Part shown: positions 40,801 to 48,753 of the stretch, piece by piece | Numbering within the stretch: the first letter of the stretch is position 1 | How the letters are laid out: each line of letters starts with the position of its first letter | Origin: an uncultured Clostridia bacterium | GTDB taxonomy: Bacteria > Bacillota > Clostridia > TANB77 > CAG-508 | Reading direction: 5' to 3' | NCBI GenBank assembly: GCA_948664205.1 | Contig: CAPNDH010000002.1 | Span: 1-53,886 of the forward strand | DNA: 53,886 nucleotides | Program-made: the position numbers and the translations under genes | The notes under the pieces: model-generated | Databases searched by the model: none | What the model saw: only the letters and a program-made list of their open reading frames with translations | Told to the model about the DNA's origin: nothing

Positions 40801-42829
40801 TATTTACTGTTACTATTCCTGTTGGTGCTATAAAGTTTATTTCTTTATTTACTTCTATTTGTTCATTTTCATTTGAAACTATCATTTTTACATTTTCAGC
40901 TTTGTTTGGTGTTAAATTATTTACTGTTATATCTGCTAAAATAACTAAGTTTGCTCCGCCTGAAATTGCATCAATACTATACATTGTTTGAGTTCCTGCT
41001 AAGTTTACAACAATTTGTTTTCTTCCATTGTTATTTACTACATTCCAATTTGCTATTTTTAATTCAGTTTCAAATGGTAATTGAATATTTTTTATATTAA
41101 TGTTTTCTATATATTCTGGTAAATCAATTACAATGCTAGGGTTTTTATATAATTTGTTAAATATAGAATTTGTATTTAGTATTACTTTAAGTTCTACATC
41201 TTCATTTACTACTACTGTTGATAAACCTAAATTGCTTATTTCTAACCCTGCTGTAGTTTGTGGTTCTACTAAAGCTGTTTGTATATTTTGTGCTTTTTCT
41301 ACTATTGTTTCATTTCCATTTATCGCTGTTCCTACTATTTCTTGTTTAAGCATTTGAATACTTTGCATTTGAGCCTTAGTGTAATTACTATTACCTAATA
41401 TTTCTTTTTCAAAGTTAAATACTAATTCTCCATCGTTTTCTGGTTTTGATGTTTCTATAATTACACTTGATGCATTTAATTCTATTGTTTTTTCTTCAGT
41501 ATCTTTATTTATTATTACTTCACTATTTTCTGTAATAACTTTAATAGTTCCTTCTTCACCTAAAACTTTTAGCCATGCTTCTTTTTCTATTTTTAAGTTT
41601 TTGTATATTGTATTTGCTGTATATTCGTTACTATCTATTACATATTTATCTGTTACGGCTGAAAGTTTTACTCCATCTACTAATTCTGGCATTGCTATAT
41701 TTGATGTTACTTTCTCTTCATATGTTGTATTTATTTTTTCTTTTCTATCATAATTTGCGTATATGTAACCTTTGCTTATGTTTTGAACTGTTTCTACTTT
41801 GTAGTCTACTATGTCTCCAACTTTTTCTGTTAAAATAGCTTCATTTGCATAAGTTGCTGGTAATACTTTTTCATCATAACTATACACTGTAATATCTGAT
41901 AAAGCATTTATTGTTATAGCTGTTTCCTCTACAACTGCTGTTTCTGAATATTTATATGTTATTATAAATTCATTTAGCATATTATTATTAAAAACAATTT
42001 CTTTGTTTTCATTTTCTATATTTTGTGCTATTATTCTTACAATTTTATTTTCTTTATCATAGCTTGAAGTATAGTTTTCTGTATTTTGTTTGTTATATAC
42101 TGTTACTTCTTCTGGAGCTATTCCATTTATTTCTGGTACTGAAATTTCTATTTTATTTTGTTTTATTGGTAACCTATTATCTTTTAAATTAGACTTAACA
42201 TCTACTTGCATTATTAAACCTTTTTGCCCATTTATATCATATGGTACATATTTTGTAATTTGAGCTTCTAATATACTTTCGGTTTCTAGTGTCCATTTTA
42301 AGTTTAGCTCAATTTCTTTTCTAATTTTACATTCTTTTCCTTTTTCATCTATGTATGTACCTGTTAAAATTACTGAGCTTATTTTATTTAATTGTTCTTC
42401 TGAAATTACATTTTTAGTTTCAAATGTGAATGGTATGTCTAACTCTACTGTTTCCCCATTATCAATTTGATTTAAAACTATACTGTTATTTTCAATTTTT
42501 GCTACTTTTTCTGATTCTAGCTCATTTGAAATTTTGAAATTTGAATCGACAAAATCGACCCTAGCATTTTTCAAATATCCTGCATTCTTTACAGTTATTT
42601 CTGCTACGACCTTATTTTCTTCTCCTACGTTTTTTATTGCTTCGTATTTTTCTTCTTCAAAGTAAGTATCAAACTCTACATTTTGGTGCTGTGTTTTGCT
42701 ATTTTGATTTTTTAATTTTGAATCTGTTGCAAAAACTGCTCCAAGGCTTGAACCTATTGTACTTACGTGTGCTAGCATCATAATAAATACGATAGCACTT
42801 GCTATAATTTTGTTACCTTTTTTGTACAT
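37844..42829 (-). CDS. Giant surface protein (1,661 aa) with DUF11/Cna-B-type repeats and a C-terminal sorting-signal-like anchor
   Basis: Signal peptide, many ~100-aa beta repeats, a GTAWLDTNKNGQRDEEE...NGEYRFINL repeat, and a C-terminal SVKTGD + TM + RKFVLRR. Confidence 0.7.
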   Translation of the reverse strand: MYKKGNKIIASAIVFIMMLAHVSTIGSSLGAVFATDSKLKNQNSKTQHQNVEFDTYFEEEKYEAIKNVGEENKVVAEITVKNAGYLKNARVDFVDSNFKISNELESEKVAKIENNSIVLNQIDNGETVELDIPFTFETKNVISEEQLNKISSVILTGTYIDEKGKECKIRKEIELNLKWTLETESILEAQITKYVPYDINGQKGLIMQVDVKSNLKDNRLPIKQNKIEISVPEINGIAPEEVTVYNKQNTENYTSSYDKENKIVRIIAQNIENENKEIVFNNNMLNEFIITYKYSETAVVEETAITINALSDITVYSYDEKVLPATYANEAILTEKVGDIVDYKVETVQNISKGYIYANYDRKEKINTTYEEKVTSNIAMPELVDGVKLSAVTDKYVIDSNEYTANTIYKNLKIEKEAWLKVLGEEGTIKVITENSEVIINKDTEEKTIELNASSVIIETSKPENDGELVFNFEKEILGNSNYTKAQMQSIQMLKQEIVGTAINGNETIVEKAQNIQTALVEPQTTAGLEISNLGLSTVVVNEDVELKVILNTNSIFNKLYKNPSIVIDLPEYIENINIKNIQLPFETELKIANWNVVNNNGRKQIVVNLAGTQTMYSIDAISGGANLVILADITVNNLTPNKAENVKMIVSNENEQIEVNKEINFIAPTGIVTVNKIENYAKGASLMALTENEEAVLEVQTVAQNAKAEIQVINNYSNKINNVRILGRTLMQGANDIDSNESLENTFDAPMTSPINTNGFENVSIYYSENGTATQDLENRENGWQAEVQDYTKVKSYLIVLNNYEMNIGDSVKFNYDVQVPANLGYSEETNSLYTVYFDNVKEEQIINDRAKANKVKLYTGDAPELQVELKSTSEENSIVREGQYVKFTANIKNTGTVDAENVKLNITAPNGKIYTYMENGEVFFTEDVSKIANPEGQLVYEYTTKHTEYKEEELFFGYEESDAQEKTINVGKIPAGQTKSIEYELRIENIEEYRNNLYILEEEIIESEVTLNNKVRVMADKLQKEVVSNEYKLNIKEGYMTIETRANKFSSYTLVKGNELEYTAVVKANGSQDLENLVLRAKMPNGLEIKDAKIEARTIPNNEITYSKRMEGNDIIFTINNLPKGNYIECIIVAKVNDAQGIIEFSMAGEANNTGMHYSNITKNEVSKVNLGFKQNAPSSGYVKEKERITFTYDIENNSKVYVKNINFKNIIPEGMKVVNAKIVKTGYELDITRNVTNANTLETKINSLQANEKITVTVTMEAELLPDGVTEKEITNYAVISGDMFEEITSNSVKASIEYNKEAHDLIDGPSDKPQKEGRYIISGTAWLDTNKNGQRDEEEQTLPGIEVRLLNKNTNEIVKDVDSEADKVTQTSSNGEYRFINLPSGEYIVVFVYNSAKYDLTSYRANGVQNSVNSDFINTNMNINGKEQTVAISDLIIINKENARNIDIGLLESDKSDLRLDKYISKITLTYGNTVKTYDYENAKLAKVEIPAKELSNATVIIDYKIVVTNEGAKANYVKKVVDYIPKDMKFNSELNRDWYESTNGDLYNSSLANIKLESGESKELTLTLTRKMTDKNVGIVNNNAELYEVYNEEGIADIDSTPANKVNGEDDMSSADVVISVKTGDVVIYTAIISVIICTVLGVSIYYIRKFVLRRM

Positions 42830-43037
42830 AGAAAAATCCTCCTAATTTTTTATATTTTATTTTTATTTTTTACAATATTGCCTATATTTTATTATACACC
42901 TTTTTCTGGCATTTTTCAACGTTTTTAGGATATTTTTTAAACTTTTTATGTATATCATGTTTTATTCTACTTTTATCGACTTTTTTCGTGATTTTATTTA
43001 TGGTTTTTATATATTTTAAAAATATTCTATTACTACT

Positions 43038-43184
43038 GTAGGGGCTTAATCGGTTAGGAATACCCGCTAGAATTTACCCAATTACGCCCTAATCGCATAT
43101 TTAAATTTGTATCAATATTTAAATTTCATAAAGGGCGAAATTCGGCATTTCCAAAGAGGTATTCCTTACCGATTTAGCCCCTAC
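43038..43184. repeat. S element copy S2 (147 nt), inverted relative to S1.
   Basis: See S1. The arms are distinguishable, so orientation is defined. Confidence 0.8.
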
Positions 43185-43513
43185 AGTATAAATATATTGT
43201 TTGTTTACTGTATTTTTAGCGCATAATACCCCTTAATTATATATATTATATATATTTTTACATATTTAAACGTATTTTTCAATGTTCCAAAACCTTTGTA
43301 TATAAAAATATCGTGTAATGCACTACGGAAGTACGTTTTCAGCTATTTATATTAAATTTTTATTACATTTCTTATTATTTTATTATTTTTTTGTAACACT
43401 ATTGTTTTTTTTGAATATTATTATAATGATATGATATAAAAAATAGATTTAATTTGGTCGATTAAAACGTGCGACCCCTATAAAAATTTATTTTAAGAGA
43501 GGATGTGCTGTTT

Positions 43514-43984
43514 ATGAATGAGGAAATGTTCAATAATCTCGCAAATATGCTTGATAACAGTAACAGTAGCAATACTAATAATTTTAATAATTCTATCAAT
43601 AAAAATACGAATATGAACAGTAATAATTCTAACTATAATAATAACAGCAAAAATAACAATAATACCTCTAATACTAATTTCGAAAATGATTTTCAAAATA
43701 TATTTTCAAATTTTAATGTAAATTCTAATAATAACTCTGATACATCTAACTCAAACAATGGATTTGATTTTTCTAATATTGATATGGCTACCATTATGAA
43801 AATTAAAAATGTTATGAGTAAAATGAATAGTAACAAGGATGATCCTAAATCGAATTTACTTACTTCTTTAAAACCTTATTTAAGAAATTCTAAAAAAGAA
43901 CAACTTGATAAATATATGAAAATTATGAATTTAACCTCTGTAATGGAGGTATTTAATAATATTGGTGGTGATAGTATAAAATGA
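43514..43984 (+). CDS. Asn-rich hypothetical protein with a conserved-looking C-terminal helical domain
   Basis: ORF. The ATG at 43514 is better spaced from the AGAGAGGA SD than the GTG at 43505. ATGA overlap with the next ORF. Confidence 0.5.
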   Translation: MNEEMFNNLANMLDNSNSSNTNNFNNSINKNTNMNSNNSNYNNNSKNNNNTSNTNFENDFQNIFSNFNVNSNNNSDTSNSNNGFDFSNIDMATIMKIKNVMSKMNSNKDDPKSNLLTSLKPYLRNSKKEQLDKYMKIMNLTSVMEVFNNIGGDSIK

Positions 43985-44376
43985 TAGCACCTAACCCTTT
44001 TTTTCCTCAATTTAATCATATGAGGTATAACAATAATAATATACATAATTTTAGTAATAAGTTTAAAGGAAGTACCCAAACTCCTTATGCCCCTAACGCT
44101 AATTTAGGAAGTTATAAAAACAATACATATAATAATAATCCTAAATCAAATAATTTAGGTTCAAATTTTTCACATTCTTCAAATAATTTTTCTAATACAT
44201 TTAATATGGATAATATAGAAAAAGAAACAAAACAAACTGAACAATTTTTTGAGATATTTGGAATTAAATTATACTTTGATGATTTATTAATTATTGCACT
44301 TCTTTTCTTTTTATATAAAGAAGAATGTACTGATGATTCTTTATTTATTATTTTGATACTTTTATTATTAACATGA
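43981..44376 (+). CDS. Asn-rich hypothetical protein with a C-terminal TM segment
   Basis: ORF translationally coupled (ATGA) to the previous one. Confidence 0.45.
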   Translation: MIAPNPFFPQFNHMRYNNNNIHNFSNKFKGSTQTPYAPNANLGSYKNNTYNNNPKSNNLGSNFSHSSNNFSNTFNMDNIEKETKQTEQFFEIFGIKLYFDDLLIIALLFFLYKEECTDDSLFIILILLLLT

Positions 44377-44401
44377 TTTTTTTAGATTAAAAATTTATTG
44401 A

Positions 44402-44725
44402 TTATAATTTATTTAGATAATTTTGACCTTTATAAAATATATGTATGATTAATACTTCTTGTGTATCATCTTTTATTTCATAAATAATATTATAGTTATT
44501 TATTTGAATTTCTCTTAAAATTCTATTTTTATTATACATAGGTTCAATCTTTTTGAACCTATGTGGCATAAAATTTAGAGTATTTATTTTTTTAATTACC
44601 TCGTTATAAAATTTTTTAGCTATTATTGGTTCTTTTAATTTATTCTTTAAATAATATATAATTTCTCCAAGTTCTTCTTTAAAAGTTAAGGTGGGAAGAA
44701 CCTTGTATTCATTAATGTAAATCAT
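44402..44725 (-). CDS. RelE/ParE-family type II toxin
   Basis: 107 aa with a ParE/RelE-like pattern (...NYNIIYEI..DTQEVLIIHIFY...). 14-nt overlap with the upstream antitoxin. Confidence 0.75.
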   Translation of the reverse strand: MIYINEYKVLPTLTFKEELGEIIYYLKNKLKEPIIAKKFYNEVIKKINTLNFMPHRFKKIEPMYNKNRILREIQINNYNIIYEIKDDTQEVLIIHIFYKGQNYLNKL

Positions 44726-45062
44726 ATTCTTCCTCCATTTCTGTACAAAATTCTTTCATTGTTTGGTATTTCCCTTCGTCTACGTCTTTAAGTCCTTGCT
44801 CTATTTTTTTCCACATAGCTTTTTCAAATTCTTCTTGTGTTTTATAATGTTTATTAAAATGTTCTTCTACTAGTCTATCAATTCTTTCTTCTTCTGTTTC
44901 TTTTTTTACTTTAATAATCTCTTCGTATAATTCGTCACTTAAAACAACTAAATCGTTAGTTCCATTTTTCGTAATATACATAGGCTCTTTTGTTTCATGA
45001 CAGATTTTTGAAATTTCATTATAATTATTTCTTAAATCTGCACAAGGTCTAATTAATGCCAT
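44712..45062 (-). CDS. Phd/YefM-family antitoxin
   Basis: MALIRPCADLRNNYNEISKICHETKEPMYITKNGTNDLVVLS is a Phd/YefM N-domain. Confidence 0.75.
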   Translation of the reverse strand: MALIRPCADLRNNYNEISKICHETKEPMYITKNGTNDLVVLSDELYEEIIKVKKETEEERIDRLVEEHFNKHYKTQEEFEKAMWKKIEQGLKDVDEGKYQTMKEFCTEMEEEYDLH

Positions 45063-45099
45063 AATATTTCCTCCTTTTTATATTTGTTATAGACAAATT

Positions 45100-45117
45100 A
45101 TATCATAATTATGATAT
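45100..45117. promoter_or_regulatory. Perfect 18-bp palindrome ATATCATAATTATGATAT upstream of the antitoxin (candidate TA operator).
   Basis: Self-complementary, 38 nt upstream of the antitoxin ATG. Confidence 0.45.
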
Positions 45118-45138
45118 ATGTCAATATATTTTTATACT

Positions 45139-45174
45139 AAAACAGAACATTTCAAAATAAAATGTTCCTGTTTT
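45139..45174 (-). terminator. Hairpin after the minC stop codon.
   Basis: AAAACAGAACATT / AATGTTCCTGTTTT with one bulge. Confidence 0.5.
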
Positions 45175-45179
45175 AAGTT

Positions 45180-45803
45180 TTATTCTAATATTATTTCTTC
45201 GTTTTCACCTACATAAGCATATTTTTTTCTTCCTTCTGTTTCCTCTTCCTCTGAAACTTGTTTTTCTTTTATTATATTTGCTATACGTATTTGTGGGCAA
45301 TCTATTCTATTTGCTGCTATTATTGCTTTTTTATTTCCTTTTGCACCTGCATGTGCTAAACCTCTTAAGTTTCCTAGTATTACTATATTTTCTTCTGCTA
45401 TTACTTCTGCTCCTCCATTTACATCTCCTATTATTACAATGCTTCCTTCATATTCTATTCTTTGACCAGAACGTAATGAGCCTTTATGGAATTTTGTTGT
45501 TGAATCTTCTATTTCTTTATCAAATGTCTTCTTTATTCCATGCAATCCTAATGTTTTTGGTGTTTCAAATTCTATTTTTACATCTATTTGATCTTGTACA
45601 AGTTCTTGTATCTCATCCATTTCAATAGTTTTTAATGTTTTTCCTTTAACTTCAATTGGTGTCTTTTCTTCTTTATATAATTTTTTTAGTTCAGGTAATT
45701 TTTCTTTTAAATCTTCTAATATTGCCTCATGTGTAGCTGTTTCTTTTATTTTTATTATAATTTTATCTTTTTTTAAATTTACAAATATATTTGATTTTTT
45801 CAT
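45180..45803 (-). CDS. minC: Septum site-determining protein MinC
   Basis: C-terminal beta-helix GSLRSGQRIEYEGSIVIIGDVNGGAEVIAEENIVILGNLRGLAHAG. Confidence 0.9.
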   Translation of the reverse strand: MKKSNIFVNLKKDKIIIKIKETATHEAILEDLKEKLPELKKLYKEEKTPIEVKGKTLKTIEMDEIQELVQDQIDVKIEFETPKTLGLHGIKKTFDKEIEDSTTKFHKGSLRSGQRIEYEGSIVIIGDVNGGAEVIAEENIVILGNLRGLAHAGAKGNKKAIIAANRIDCPQIRIANIIKEKQVSEEEETEGRKKYAYVGENEEIILE

Positions 45804-45875
45804 TTTTGTTATTTCTCCTCTTTTTGATTTTACTTTTCTATTTTATTTTCTTTAGTTTTTAATTTCGGTTGTTTT

Positions 45876-46000
45876 GGAAGTTAGAAGTTGGAGGTTGGAG
45901 GTTGGAGGTTGGATTTGGGGTAGTTTCTTCGAAGTTCGGACGGCTAATAGCCGCCCCTACAATTTTGTTTTCTGATTTCCGACATCCGACTTCTGACCTC
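45876..46000. repeat. GGAGGTT/GAAGTTA heptad array (45876-45920), P-module (45927-45964) and an inverted TCCGACA/TCTGACC heptad array (45971-46000).
   Basis: 7-nt periodicity on both sides. The arms are imperfectly complementary. Abuts the mrdA stop codon. Confidence 0.6.
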
Positions 46001-48102
46001 TAATTTTGTATTTGTGTTGTTGGTTTGGCAGTCATATTTTCGGTTACTTTGTTTGCGTTCATTCCAAAATATTCTGCTATTATATCTCTTGCTGTTTCTG
46101 AGTTGTAGCCTCCGCTTCCTCCATTTTCTACCATTACTACTACTGCTATTTCTGGATCGTCAAATGGTGCAAAACCTACAAACCATCCATTTGTTTTTCC
46201 TTTTATTCCTGTTTGAGCTGAACCTGTTTTTCCTCCTACTTCTATATTAAAGTTTTTAAAGTATGAATATGCTGTTCCTCCAGATTCACTTGTAACTCCT
46301 CTCATTCCTTCTTTTATTGCTGATAAATTATTGGGGTTAAAGTCTAATTCTGTTGTTTGTGCACTTTCTATTCCTAAACGTTCTTTTATAAAATTGTTTA
46401 GTTCTTCTTTTGGAATACTCTTTCCGTCTATATCTATTATATCTTTTATTATAGTTACATCTATATCATTTCCACCATTTGCTATTATGCTTATATATTT
46501 TGCCATTTCTATTAGTGTAAAACTATTATCATGTTGTCCAATTGCTGCTTGAAGTGTATTTCCGCCTGTAAATACTGTGTTTCGTGCCTTTGATGTTTCT
46601 TTACTTGAAACTATTCCTTCTACTTCTCCTAAAAGCTCTATTCCTGTTTTACTTCCAAGTCCTAGCGACCTAGCATATCTTGATAGTGTATCTATTCCTA
46701 TTCTATTTCCTAATTCATAAAAGAAATAGTTACATGAATGTTTTATTGCATCTGTTACATTTAAATATCCATGTCCTCTTCCATAGGAATTGTATAACCA
46801 ACATTTTGGCTGATAGTCTTTTGTATATCTATATATTCCAACATCATTTATTTTTTCTGTTGTCGAAATTGCTCCAGTTTCTAATGCTGCTAAAGCTGTT
46901 ACCATTTTGAAGGTAGAACCTGGTGCATATACAGAAGATATTGCTCTATTTAGGAAAGGGTGATTTGCTTCTTCTGATATATATTCATTATATTTTTCGT
47001 TACTTATTCCGTCTACAAATAATTGGGGCTCGAAGTCTGGATAACTTACCATTGATAAAACTTCACCTGTTTTTACATTCATTACTACTGCAGATGCTGC
47101 ATCTGCTGCATAAGGAGTTCCAAACCCACCGCTTCTTATTTTTTCTATATTTGCTTTTAATGCGTTTTGTGTTACTTGTTGCAGGTTCGCATCTATTGTA
47201 AGAACTACACTATTTCCTGCAATCGCTTCTTCTACTGTTCCTTCTCCTGTTATTGTTCCTTCAACATCCATATCTATTTGTTTTATTCCATTTTTACCTT
47301 TTAGATATGGTTCAAATATATACTCTATTCCTGTTTTTCCTATTCTATCATTTAAGTCATAATTTTCATTTTCTTTTAATTCATTTTCATCAATTCTTCC
47401 AACATATCCTAATATATGTGATGCTAAATTTCCTGATGAGTAACTTCTTACTGCTCCTGTTTGAATTGTAAGCCCTGGAAATTTGTCATTTTGCTCATTA
47501 AATATTGATACGCTTTCTTTACTTATATTACTTGCAAGCTCCACATTTTTTGTACTACTATATCCATCTTTTGATATTGTATATCTCATTGACATTATTT
47601 TTTTTGTATCTGCTATATTATCTGATTCTATTTTGTATTTTTCTTTTAATATGTAAAAGCATTCTTCCGCATTTTTTTGTTCTTCTATATTATTTTGTTT
47701 TTTCCATTTCTTAGCAGATTCTTCACTTATCGTAAATTCAAATGGTTCTATTTTTATTGGTAGCTCATCTCTATATGAGTCTTTATTACTTTCTAATACT
47801 TTTACAATATTTAGTAATGAATTATTTAATGTTTTATCATCTATTTTTGTTTTGTATAATTGCAATATATAGCCTGATTTTGTAGTTGCTAGTTTATTAC
47901 CTGATTGATCTAGTATATCTCCACGTGCCGCTTGCAGAGTACTCTCCCTTGAAAGCCTTGTATTTGACTGCTCTCTATAATCTGCTCCTTTAATTATTTG
48001 AAGGTTAAATAATTGAATAAGTAGTATTATTCCTATAACATATACTAATGCTGATACAATATTATATCTTAATTTATCTTTTTGAGTTCTTGTTTTATTC
48101 AA
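46000..48102 (-). CDS. mrdA: Penicillin-binding protein 2 (elongasome transpeptidase)
   Basis: STFK, SCN and KTGSAQ motifs, in the position after mreD. TTG at 48102 follows a GGAGGG SD. Confidence 0.85.
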   Translation of the reverse strand: MNKTRTQKDKLRYNIVSALVYVIGIILLIQLFNLQIIKGADYREQSNTRLSRESTLQAARGDILDQSGNKLATTKSGYILQLYKTKIDDKTLNNSLLNIVKVLESNKDSYRDELPIKIEPFEFTISEESAKKWKKQNNIEEQKNAEECFYILKEKYKIESDNIADTKKIMSMRYTISKDGYSSTKNVELASNISKESVSIFNEQNDKFPGLTIQTGAVRSYSSGNLASHILGYVGRIDENELKENENYDLNDRIGKTGIEYIFEPYLKGKNGIKQIDMDVEGTITGEGTVEEAIAGNSVVLTIDANLQQVTQNALKANIEKIRSGGFGTPYAADAASAVVMNVKTGEVLSMVSYPDFEPQLFVDGISNEKYNEYISEEANHPFLNRAISSVYAPGSTFKMVTALAALETGAISTTEKINDVGIYRYTKDYQPKCWLYNSYGRGHGYLNVTDAIKHSCNYFFYELGNRIGIDTLSRYARSLGLGSKTGIELLGEVEGIVSSKETSKARNTVFTGGNTLQAAIGQHDNSFTLIEMAKYISIIANGGNDIDVTIIKDIIDIDGKSIPKEELNNFIKERLGIESAQTTELDFNPNNLSAIKEGMRGVTSESGGTAYSYFKNFNIEVGGKTGSAQTGIKGKTNGWFVGFAPFDDPEIAVVVMVENGGSGGYNSETARDIIAEYFGMNANKVTENMTAKPTTQIQN

Positions 48103-48117
48103 TCTTTTCCCTCCTTC

Positions 48118-48206
48118 CAAAACTCGAAGAGTTTTGTACTATTCACTATTCATTATTCATTTAAGCCTTTTCTTCGAAGCACGGACGACTAATAGTCGCC
48201 CCTACA
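48118..48206 (-). repeat. Leader cassette L2 (hairpin 48118-48136, heptads 48137-48161) plus P-module (48172-48206) filling the mreD-mrdA spacer.
   Basis: See findings. The P-module starts at the mreD stop codon. Confidence 0.7.
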
Positions 48207-48207
48207 G

Positions 48208-48741
48208 CTAAAAATATCTCGTTAATATTTTCTGGCCCTTATATATATCTTCTATTTTATACCCTACAATTTGTATTAATGGATATAAAATTACCGTTAA
48301 AATTGCATTATATAATACTTCTATCAATATAATTCTTATAAAACTTAAAATTTCTATATTTGTATTTAGCATTATTATACTTAATACATAACTTCCTATT
48401 TCAAATATAAATGTACTTCCTATTACCATAAGCATAATTGTAATTTTACTATCTTTTGAGAAATTTTTGTCAAAGTATCCACCTAAAATTGCAACTGCTG
48501 TTAGCATAATGGCATTTATTTCTATAGTTTTACCTATTACTATATCTAAAAACAATCCAAAAGTTAATCCAAATATTATACCATATTTCATTCCTAAAAA
48601 TAAACTTATAAATAATACTAAAATTATAAATAAATTTGGTTTTACTCCAGCTATTGTAAACCAACTGAAGAAGTTGGCTTGCAAAAAATATATAATTAAA
48701 AAGGTTAATATTAAACCTATTATTGTTATTGTTTTTTTCAT
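48208..48741 (-). CDS. mreD: Rod shape-determining protein MreD
   Basis: 177 aa, polytopic, directly after mreC. Confidence 0.8.
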   Translation of the reverse strand: MKKTITIIGLILTFLIIYFLQANFFSWFTIAGVKPNLFIILVLFISLFLGMKYGIIFGLTFGLFLDIVIGKTIEINAIMLTAVAILGGYFDKNFSKDSKITIMLMVIGSTFIFEIGSYVLSIIMLNTNIEILSFIRIILIEVLYNAILTVILYPLIQIVGYKIEDIYKGQKILTRYF

Positions 48742-48753
48742 TTTTAGTTTCCT

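Noticed and set aside
32814-43184. The S-element pair as a composite transposon or IS
   Set aside because: No transposase or resolvase ORF lies in or near the elements, the copies are only ~85% identical, and no target-site duplication was recognisable by eye. It is kept as a bracketing observation only.
48172-48179. The CTTCGAAG boxes of P modules as Spo0A boxes
   Set aside because: The 0A box is TGTCGAA. The P-module palindrome lacks the TGT/ACA part and occurs in both orientations inside operons.
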